Positions 1 to 6,930 of a stretch of DNA of 26,521 bases are shown one piece after another. The notes under the pieces were generated by a model that saw only the letters and a list, made by a program, of their open reading frames with translations, did no database searches and was not told the DNA's origin. Source of the DNA: a virus (taxonomy: Duplodnaviria; Caudoviricetes); IMG/VR virus record IMGVR_UViG_3300020045_005223, positions 1-26,521 of that record, one strand, 5' to 3'. The stretch's first letter is position 1. The number at the start of each line of letters is the position of its first letter. The translations under genes and the position numbers were made by a program.

Positions 1-1080
1 CGCACTACAGATGTTGAGGTAGCGATGGTAGTACTCAAATGGCAAAGCACAGAGGTGCATCTTGATTTCAAGATGAAAAACACCCGCAGCCATAGACCCG
101 ATTTCAATAACATGACGGATTCTAGCGAGATAGCTAAGACCGACTTTCTTGAAAGAGAGGTAGGCGCTATGAAGGACGCAATGGGGCATATTACTACCAT
201 ACTAAAAGCTACTAAGGCGTTCCATACTCTTTTCCCTACTAGTGGGGGCAGATATGCCTTATTCCAGTTACTAGACAAAGGGGGCTTAGACGACAAAGAG
301 AAATACAACAGCATAGCAGAGTACGTGAACAACTTACTTTGGAAGCGGGTCTTTGATGAAATGGATTTAGAGAAACGCATGGATAGTAAGACGCTTGTAG
401 AGTTCCAAAAGTACAAGCAAGGTCAAGAAGTGTTAGAGTTCAACAAAGAGAACTTTTACAGCCTACTAGACTTCATATCAAGCGGTCGTGCTAAGATGTT
501 CAAACAGGCTATTCTAACGGCCTTTGATGTTATGACAGCCTTCTACAAGGATAATCAAGTACACGTTGAAGGTTGGGCGCACAATGACCAATTTAAAGTG
601 AACTCTAAGGTTATTATACCTAGTGGCGTGAGTTATGAATCAAGATGGGGCGGAAGTTTCTCTACAATCTACCACAGGGATGAGCGCTACAACGATATTG
701 ACAAAGCTATGTCTTACCTATCAGGTATCATAGAGTATAAGTCAGTATCTAGGGCTATATCAGATTTATGTGCAGCATTGAGAAAGGGAGAGGACGCAGC
801 ATTTAGCCTAGAAACCGAAAGTACCTTCTTTAAAATCAAAATCCACAAGAAAGGCACGGTACACTTAGTCTTTAAAGAGCAATGGCTTTTAGATGAACTA
901 AACATAGTAGCGTGTAGGGCTAAGGGGTGGCTTAGAGATAAGGAAGAATACAATTGGAGAAAACGACAGGCTAAGAAACCCAATACCTACGAACCGCAGC
1001 ATGACACCACTACGGAAGAGTTCAATTACATTACACCCAATTACCAAATCGAGGTAGCCCCACCCGACACAACGGCATAA
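1..1080 (+). CDS. DUF4942-type protein, C-terminal part of a probable SAM-dependent DNA methyltransferase (5'-truncated)
   Basis: Frame is open from base 1 (RTTDVEVAMVVL), so the gene starts upstream of the window. W..N..FKV..KVIIP, D.DKAMSYLSG and FFKIKIHKKGTVHLVF match my recollection of DUF4942, which usually follows an MTase domain. Confidence 0.7.
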   Translation, partial: RTTDVEVAMVVLKWQSTEVHLDFKMKNTRSHRPDFNNMTDSSEIAKTDFLEREVGAMKDAMGHITTILKATKAFHTLFPTSGGRYALFQLLDKGGLDDKEKYNSIAEYVNNLLWKRVFDEMDLEKRMDSKTLVEFQKYKQGQEVLEFNKENFYSLLDFISSGRAKMFKQAILTAFDVMTAFYKDNQVHVEGWAHNDQFKVNSKVIIPSGVSYESRWGGSFSTIYHRDERYNDIDKAMSYLSGIIEYKSVSRAISDLCAALRKGEDAAFSLETESTFFKIKIHKKGTVHLVFKEQWLLDELNIVACRAKGWLRDKEEYNWRKRQAKKPNTYEPQHDTTTEEFNYITPNYQIEVAPPDTTA

Positions 1081-1099
1081 ACTTTGATTAATTAAGAGA

Positions 1100-1138
1100 A
1101 AAGAGATTAGTACATAAAGTGCTAATCTCTTTCTTTTT
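1100..1138 (+). terminator. Intrinsic terminator, possibly bidirectional
   Basis: Stem AAAGAGATTAGTAC / GTGCTAATCTCTTT with ATAAA loop, T-rich tail and A-rich 5' side, just after the stop at 1080. Confidence 0.8.
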
Positions 1139-1143
1139 ATGCA

Positions 1144-1163
1144 AATAAATAGCTATCTTTGCA
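1144..1163 (+). promoter_or_regulatory. Bacteroidota-type sigma70 promoter (-7 box TATCTTTG at 1154-1161)
   Basis: Matches TAnnTTTG 22 nt before ATG 1184. The 20-mer AATAAATAGCTATCTTTGCA recurs exactly at 16014-16033. Confidence 0.7.
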
Positions 1164-1183
1164 TTAAATAAAGCCCCTAAAAC

Positions 1184-2320
1184 ATGGAAAAAATAGTAGT
1201 ATTCAACTTAGGCAACCTACCCACCGCACCAGTTGAGCAATTCAATGAGTTACAAAGAGATTTCAAGCTTAGAAATACGGATAGCTTAATTAAGCTAAAA
1301 GACCGTATATTAGAAGCGGGGTTTAAATACTCTTTCAAGGCGTGGCGTGACGAACAAGGCACACTACATATCATAGACGCACATCAAAGACGTGCAGCCT
1401 TATTAGAACTTCAAGAAGATGGCTATGAAGTACCCCCTATCCCTTATGAGTTGATACAAGCCGCTAATAAGAAAGAGGCTATCAAGGAAATAGCTTACAT
1501 CAACTCTACTTATGGCGATTTAAACCCACACACCGACTTATTCGAGGTCAATGATATTGACTTATCAGAGCTAGGCAACATTAACCTAGACTTCATGAAG
1601 CTAGAAGAGGACGAAGACATTACAGAAGCATTTGAGGACGCTATGCAAGCCATAGAAGAGGAGAAAGTAACCCAAACCCTAGACGACCCTTTCAACGTGC
1701 CTGTAAGCCCTGTATTTTACACCCTAGAAAAGGTATGGGAGAGCAGACACAAGTTATGGTGCAAGTACCTTAAAGAGAAAATAGAAGAGAATAGCCTTTA
1801 CCACAGACCCGCACTACTTGAAATTCTAGTAAGATGGTTTAATACACCATACGGAGAGGTGAAGACTAACTTTCAATACGCTAACAACATACTTAGGAAA
1901 ATGGGTTTAAGACCCGCAGAGGAAGATTACGACCTAGCAGTACTAATCCTAGAAGGTAGCAATGCAAACATACAAGCCACTATCAAGGAAACACTAGACA
2001 ACGCAAAGCCTAACACCTTTACCGTCTTTATCCATGCACCCAACACTAGATACACAGGCTTAGAGTGCCAAACCCTAAACTATGACATATCAGATAGAGT
2101 TACCCAATTATGGAATAACATTATCATACTAGGGGAAGACACCGCAAGCCCTAAGACCGCAGTAAAGAACTTAAACGAGGCTAGACAGCTTACCACAGGT
2201 TATTATCAAGCTACCGTCATATACAACGGACTAGCATCAGAGGTAAGCGATAGAGTATTTAAGATATTGGCAGATAAGCCTAATCAAACAACCGTAAACA
2301 AACTAGACCAATGGCAGTAA
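1184..2320 (+). CDS. ParB/Srx-like N-terminal domain fused to a degenerate DNA-methyltransferase-like domain
   Basis: N-terminal GF...IIDAHQRRAALLEL is ParB-like (canonical IIDGHxR). An acidic linker follows. The C-terminal half resembles phage ParB-MTase fusions but lacks their catalytic motifs. The end overlaps the portal start by 10 nt. Confidence 0.65.
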   Translation: MEKIVVFNLGNLPTAPVEQFNELQRDFKLRNTDSLIKLKDRILEAGFKYSFKAWRDEQGTLHIIDAHQRRAALLELQEDGYEVPPIPYELIQAANKKEAIKEIAYINSTYGDLNPHTDLFEVNDIDLSELGNINLDFMKLEEDEDITEAFEDAMQAIEEEKVTQTLDDPFNVPVSPVFYTLEKVWESRHKLWCKYLKEKIEENSLYHRPALLEILVRWFNTPYGEVKTNFQYANNILRKMGLRPAEEDYDLAVLILEGSNANIQATIKETLDNAKPNTFTVFIHAPNTRYTGLECQTLNYDISDRVTQLWNNIIILGEDTASPKTAVKNLNEARQLTTGYYQATVIYNGLASEVSDRVFKILADKPNQTTVNKLDQWQ

Positions 2321-4761
2321 ATGAAAATATCCTAACTAGATTAGGCAACGGTCTTAGTAACCTAATTTGGGGGGCTAAGGTCGTAGAAGAGGTTATACCA
2401 GTAGAGTTAGCCATAGGGGATAAGCAGGTAAATGAAGACCAAGCACTCCCAACACAAGGTGGGCGTATCTCTTTACCCGACTATACCAACCTATATGCAC
2501 TCATGGAGGGGGAAAAGTTCTTAATTAAGAACGAAATACCTACCGAAATTCTCAAAATACTATCTCATTTGGGTAAGTATAACGGCGATGTAAGTAACGC
2601 TATTGAGAACGTAGTGTCCTTAGGCAACACTAAGGACACTATTAGCCTAGACGACACTATTAGCCCTAAACAAGCCCAAAAACTAATTAAGGGGCTTAGA
2701 AAGAAGGCTAAGGTGTGGTATAGTGGTGGCTTACCCGCTCTAAAAGGGGATTTACTCAAACAGGTAGCTACATTTGGTTGCATTAGTGCAGAGATAGTAC
2801 CCATGAACAACCTAAAAGGGGTGTATAGAGTGGTGTTAGTATCTCCAGTCAATATTGAGTTTATTTATGACGCAGCTACGCAGGACTATATCCCATGCCA
2901 GCGAGTGAGTAACTTTACCCCAACCCTAAACGTACAGGCTACCATTCAGAACGGAGGGCTTATACGTTTAAACCCGATCACGTATAAATATCACGCTGTT
3001 CGTAGAGATGGCGAACTACCCTACGCTATACCCCCTTTCTTATCGGCACTAGAAAGCATCAAGATAGAAAAGGATATGCTAGATAACTTCAAACACGTCA
3101 TTCACAAACTAGGGGTGTTAGGTTTTCTTCATGCAGTAGTGACAGCGCCTAAACCCGAACCCAATGAAACACCCGCAGCCTATCAAAACCGCTGTAAGTC
3201 CTACTTACAAGATTACATCGTTCCTGAATTAGAAAAGGGTATGAGTAAAGGTGTGGTAGCAGGGTTTAAAGGAAGTCACGAGTTTAAGGTAGAGGGTACA
3301 AATACCAATGTAGCGGGTGCCAGGGAATTGTTTAACCTCATTACCGAAATGAAAATGAGTGGCTTGAAACAAGACCCTAGAATGTTAGGCCGTCAGTTCT
3401 CCACTACTGAAACTTATGGTAAGGTTATCCTTACTAAGTTCACATCTCAAATCAATTCGTACCAGTTAGCCGTAGATGAGTTCTTAGCTGCAATGTATAA
3501 GATGGAATTAACTCTATCGGGATTAGGGGGCGTAGATGTGCAAGTAGTAAGTGAGTTACCTACTGTCAATGATGAGAAATTAGACGCAGAAGCCTACGGA
3601 TTGAAGTTGCAGAACTTAACAGTACTCTACGAACAAGGCATTATCACACAAGAACAATTCGCACAAGAAGCAGGGTATGAGAAAGCGGCGGAAGTAGCCC
3701 CTAGAACCGCACCACAAGCCCCCACAGCGACAAACGTACAACAAAACGATATAGACCCTAGTGATATTGATTTTGCAGCCTTAGAACTCTCGCAAGGCGT
3801 AGCAGAATTTGATTACGGTCATGGTGTAGAGTGTGGGTGTACTGACCACGACAAAGAAGTACTATCCCTAGTACAACCTAGCAGCAAGTTAGAAGAGTTT
3901 ATAGCCCAATACTTTGCACAGACTAACGCTAATTTGAGTAAAGCCTCTAAACGCATGGCTAAACTCTTAGCTACTGACTTAGCCGCACTAGGTAACGGGG
4001 TATCTCAACAACAGGTAGTAGATAGAGTGTTATACACCCTATACTCTAATTGGGGTATGATGTTCGGGGCAGCCCAAACCGCTATTGTAAACAAATGGGT
4101 GAAAGAGATACACACCTATTTCCGCAAGGACTTAGGTATATTCAACACTTGGTCTAAATTCGACCCTAAGAACCCGCCTAAATCTGTTTTTGGTGTGCTT
4201 GATTATCGTGTGATGTCCTACTACTCTAAATCTGATATACTCTACTTGGGTAAGTACATCACAGACGAAGACACTAAGAAACGCATTGTACAGTACATTA
4301 AGGATAAGTACATAGGTCAGAACTTACCCATAGGCAAGGGTGCAGAGGCTTACCTTAGCCAATTCAAGAAAGAGTTTGAGGACTTACTAGTAGGGGAGAG
4401 TTGGAAGGTAACTAGAATTATCTCAACCACCGTAAACCGTATGCGAAACACCGCCGCAGCAATGTATATGAGTGACGCAGGGGTACAACAGTATGAGATA
4501 CTAGGTATTCCCGACAGACTTCAATGCGCTTGGTGTTCGTCTTTGCAGGGTAAGAAGTTTAGTGTGGTAACATCGAAGTCTAACATTGAGCAACTCTCTC
4601 AAAGTGACCCTTCAACCATTGCGAGTGTGCGCCCATTCATAGTATCACAACTCAAAGCCGATGATGTCAAGGGTAAATCGGGGGAAGAATTACAAGCCTT
4701 AGGGTTTGATATACCTCCCTTTCACCCACACTGTAGAGATGTGATTGTAGCTATCTTATAA
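2311..4761 (+). CDS. Portal protein fused to a MuF/SPP1 gp7-like head morphogenesis domain
   Basis: 816 aa. About 470 N-terminal aa are portal-like (YAIPPFLSAL, LYEQGIITQEQFAQEAGY), then a Pro/Ala/Thr linker, then a MuF signature CAWC...PPFHPHCR at the C-terminus. First gene of the head module. Confidence 0.8.
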   Translation: MAVNENILTRLGNGLSNLIWGAKVVEEVIPVELAIGDKQVNEDQALPTQGGRISLPDYTNLYALMEGEKFLIKNEIPTEILKILSHLGKYNGDVSNAIENVVSLGNTKDTISLDDTISPKQAQKLIKGLRKKAKVWYSGGLPALKGDLLKQVATFGCISAEIVPMNNLKGVYRVVLVSPVNIEFIYDAATQDYIPCQRVSNFTPTLNVQATIQNGGLIRLNPITYKYHAVRRDGELPYAIPPFLSALESIKIEKDMLDNFKHVIHKLGVLGFLHAVVTAPKPEPNETPAAYQNRCKSYLQDYIVPELEKGMSKGVVAGFKGSHEFKVEGTNTNVAGARELFNLITEMKMSGLKQDPRMLGRQFSTTETYGKVILTKFTSQINSYQLAVDEFLAAMYKMELTLSGLGGVDVQVVSELPTVNDEKLDAEAYGLKLQNLTVLYEQGIITQEQFAQEAGYEKAAEVAPRTAPQAPTATNVQQNDIDPSDIDFAALELSQGVAEFDYGHGVECGCTDHDKEVLSLVQPSSKLEEFIAQYFAQTNANLSKASKRMAKLLATDLAALGNGVSQQQVVDRVLYTLYSNWGMMFGAAQTAIVNKWVKEIHTYFRKDLGIFNTWSKFDPKNPPKSVFGVLDYRVMSYYSKSDILYLGKYITDEDTKKRIVQYIKDKYIGQNLPIGKGAEAYLSQFKKEFEDLLVGESWKVTRIISTTVNRMRNTAAAMYMSDAGVQQYEILGIPDRLQCAWCSSLQGKKFSVVTSKSNIEQLSQSDPSTIASVRPFIVSQLKADDVKGKSGEELQALGFDIPPFHPHCRDVIVAIL

Positions 4762-4777
4762 ATTATTTTTCAGACTG

Positions 4778-4810
4778 AAACCCTTATGGCGTATAGCTTT
4801 GAGGGTTTTT
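4778..4810 (+). terminator. Intrinsic terminator after portal-MuF
   Basis: AAACCCTTA-TGGC-GTATA-GCTT-TGAGGGTTT hairpin followed by a T run. Confidence 0.7.
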
Positions 4811-4821
4811 GTCGTTTAATT

Positions 4822-4886
4822 ATGAAAAATATTTTGAAAATAATTGCCAAAATATTTGCAGAACTGCAAAATTAGTTAGACCTTTG
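4822..4886 (+). promoter_or_regulatory. Promoter of the accessory cassette, with upstream A-tracts and an operator-like palindrome
   Basis: TTTG at 4855-4858, 20-nt spacer, variant -7 box GACCTTTG at 4879-4886. A-tracts at about 4825, 4837 and 4849. Inverted repeat TTTGCAG-AA-CTGCAAA at 4855-4870. Confidence 0.55.
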
Positions 4887-4925
4887 CTTCTGCAATCATG
4901 CAAGAACAACTAACCACACACAATC

Positions 4926-5183
4926 ATGAACAAATCAAGAAAGTACAACGTAGCCGTGAGAGGCACTAAACTAGAAGGTACTAAGAGTTTCAGTATCGAA
5001 GTAACCGCTAACAATGTAGCGCACGCAACAGGTCTTATACACGGTTACTTATGGAAAGGTACGCATATCAGTAAAGAACGCCACTTGGAACTACTCAAAC
5101 AGCACGTTACAGACATTTCTCAAATTGAGGACTTGTACGCAAGCTATCATAGTGTTCGTGTGAAGGCTTTACCTATTAAATAA
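4926..5183 (+). CDS. Hypothetical protein, 85 aa (accessory cassette gene 1)
   Basis: ORF with an A/C-rich leader, 39 nt downstream of the promoter box. Confidence 0.65.
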   Translation: MNKSRKYNVAVRGTKLEGTKSFSIEVTANNVAHATGLIHGYLWKGTHISKERHLELLKQHVTDISQIEDLYASYHSVRVKALPIK

Positions 5184-5191
5184 CCTACTAA

Positions 5192-5202
5192 CCCCCCCCC
5201 CC
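5192..5202. repeat. Poly-C tract (C11)
   Basis: 11 consecutive C, 6 nt upstream of ATG 5209. Confidence 0.9.
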
Positions 5203-5208
5203 TAAATC

Positions 5209-5367
5209 ATGGTACTAGTAAAAATACATTGGTACGCAGCCCGAACAGGTAAAACGGGTAGCGGCACAACAGCCTTTCCCTTGAAAGATGCCTTAGAGTG
5301 GGCGCAGATGATGAACGTAGCCAATAGACACATCAAATTATATCACTATTGCGTACAAGAACCCTAA
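5209..5367 (+). CDS. Small hypothetical protein, 52 aa (not in the ORF track)
   Basis: Manual translation MVLVKIHWYAARTGKTGSGTTAFPLKDALEWAQMMNVANRHIKLYHYCVQEP*. It fills the gap between its neighbours and has the CCTAAATC-ATG start context seen elsewhere. Confidence 0.65.
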   Translation: MVLVKIHWYAARTGKTGSGTTAFPLKDALEWAQMMNVANRHIKLYHYCVQEP

Positions 5368-5372
5368 ACCCC

Positions 5373-5648
5373 ATGACCTACACCCAAATCCTAACAGACC
5401 TAGAAGAGGTAGGGCTAAAACAGCAGTTTCAGACCTTGTTTGAGAGCCTTGTACGCCCTACCTTACTAGAAAAAATCAAGGCTACCGACAAAATACACGG
5501 TGTAGGTAGCCTATTGCGAGCCTTGATAGATTTACTAGGGAACGCAGAAACCGAAGAGCGTGAGTATTGGATTAAAGTACTACACTACTTCATGACACCT
5601 AAGTTTGCACGACACCATTTAGAATTACCTAAACCCCCTACCCCTTAA
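5373..5648 (+). CDS. Hypothetical protein, 91 aa (start revised from 5349 to ATG 5373)
   Basis: ATG 5373 lies 5 nt after the previous stop. The TTG at 5349 would overlap that gene. Confidence 0.65.
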   Translation: MTYTQILTDLEEVGLKQQFQTLFESLVRPTLLEKIKATDKIHGVGSLLRALIDLLGNAETEEREYWIKVLHYFMTPKFARHHLELPKPPTP

Positions 5649-5652
5649 TCCC

Positions 5653-6093
5653 ATGTTAAAAATATCTAAACCCGATTATGACTTTCTAGTGAGAGTCTTT
5701 GAACTAGCTTGTAAGCGTGAACCAGTACAAGGTAGCTTTTCTTTTAGTGAATATAACGGTGCCCATGTATTACCCCCAACAGAGAAAGAAGGTGTACCTA
5801 ATTGTGGTACTATCGCTTGCCTAGCAGGTGGGTATTTCCCCTTGATAGATAGAGATTGGAAGTTTGATAGTCAAGGTCGTTTTAAATGGCGTACCGATTT
5901 CCATTATGATAGTCCTTTTTGGACAAGAAACATAGAGATTATGCAGGCTATGTTTCATCCAGGCACTCAACACTTCTTTGATACCGAACACTACCAAAAT
6001 AGACTAGGTTTATTACCATTGGGTAACAAAGCATCTAAGGAAGCCGTCCTTACCAACATGAAAACCATACTAGATAACCTAACAATCGTCTAA
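5653..6093 (+). CDS. Hypothetical protein with a CGTxxCLAGG motif (paralog A)
   Basis: ACKREPVQGSFS...TEKEGVPNCGTIACLAGGYFPLID, homologous to the next gene. Confidence 0.75.
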   Translation: MLKISKPDYDFLVRVFELACKREPVQGSFSFSEYNGAHVLPPTEKEGVPNCGTIACLAGGYFPLIDRDWKFDSQGRFKWRTDFHYDSPFWTRNIEIMQAMFHPGTQHFFDTEHYQNRLGLLPLGNKASKEAVLTNMKTILDNLTIV

Positions 6094-6096
6094 CCC

Positions 6097-6792
6097 ATGT
6101 ATAAAGTATCAAAAGAGGTTTACATACTACTCTATGAATTGTATGTTTTGGCTTGTATGAGAGAGCCAGTACAAGGCGAATTTTCCCTAAGTCAATGGAA
6201 CTCAACAGAGGGAACTTATACGGAGAAAGAGGGCGTACCTAATTGCGGTACAGTAGGGTGTTTGGCAGGAGGTTACTTACCCCTAATTGATGGTCGTTTT
6301 CACTTTGTAGGTCGTTTAGGTATATTCAAGATTAAAGAGGAAGTAAATGGTGCTATCGTTTATAGCTTGTTTACAGAGAGTATGTTTTGGAAGCTTAACG
6401 ACCACTTGTTTAGTACGCTTTTCAAGTATGACCATCAAGCATCGTTTAGCAAAGACTATAAGGTAAGCCTAGCAACTCTACACCAGTACACCACTAAGGA
6501 AGAAGCCCTAGACAATTTCCGCAAAGTACTTAAAGTACTAACACCAAACGCCCCTAATATGTACGGTGTTTCTCAAAGCGAGTATGAAGAACGGCTTTTA
6601 GAGGAAGTCAAATACAAGGACTTGCTTAAACGATTCAACCACACGAATAGAAAACCTAAGCCCATGACTATAGAAGCGTTTAGAGAGTGGTTTAAACGCT
6701 ATGCAAGGCTAGATATTTTCAGAGATAGCACAGAGTACCGAGAAAGCATACTAAACGACTTTGTTAGTGGCAGTTGGTACGATAAAGAATAG
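6097..6792 (+). CDS. Hypothetical protein with a CGTxxCLAGG motif (paralog B) plus a 77-aa C-terminal extension
   Basis: ACMREPVQGEFS...TEKEGVPNCGTVGCLAGGYLPLID. The extension begins at in-frame ATG 6559 and may be a separate gene. Confidence 0.75.
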   Translation: MYKVSKEVYILLYELYVLACMREPVQGEFSLSQWNSTEGTYTEKEGVPNCGTVGCLAGGYLPLIDGRFHFVGRLGIFKIKEEVNGAIVYSLFTESMFWKLNDHLFSTLFKYDHQASFSKDYKVSLATLHQYTTKEEALDNFRKVLKVLTPNAPNMYGVSQSEYEERLLEEVKYKDLLKRFNHTNRKPKPMTIEAFREWFKRYARLDIFRDSTEYRESILNDFVSGSWYDKE

Positions 6793-6818
6793 TATTGATA
6801 GAATGAATAGAATGTTTG

Positions 6819-6852
6819 ACCCTACTAGCCGCAAAGGTTGGTAGGGTTTTTT
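6819..6852 (+). terminator. Intrinsic terminator closing the accessory cassette
   Basis: ACCCTACTAGCC-GCAAA-GGTTGGTAGGGT (with G-U pairs) followed by a T run. Confidence 0.85.
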
Positions 6853-6863
6853 CGTTGAAACTG

Positions 6864-6895
6864 TTTGTTTTATAGTAAAACAATTTGTATCTTTG
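6864..6895 (+). promoter_or_regulatory. Bacteroidota-type promoter for the head genes
   Basis: TTTG at 6864-6867, 20-nt spacer, TATCTTTG at 6888-6895: a full consensus match, 35 nt before ATG 6931. Confidence 0.75.
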
Positions 6896-6930
6896 TGCAG
6901 AAATAAACACAAAACCTAAAACAAATTGGT

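Noticed and set aside
4822-4875. 17-aa amphipathic ORF MKNILKIIAKIFAELQN
   Set aside because: It coincides with the A-tracts and -33 box of the promoter, so it is better explained as regulatory DNA. A peptide is not fully excluded.
4898-4969. 23-aa ORF from a duplicated CAATCATG start
   Set aside because: It overlaps the 85-aa gene out of frame and has no other support.
5653-6560. Diversity-generating retroelement TR/VR pair
   Set aside because: Differences between the copies are mostly synonymous and not adenine-specific, and no reverse transcriptase is present.
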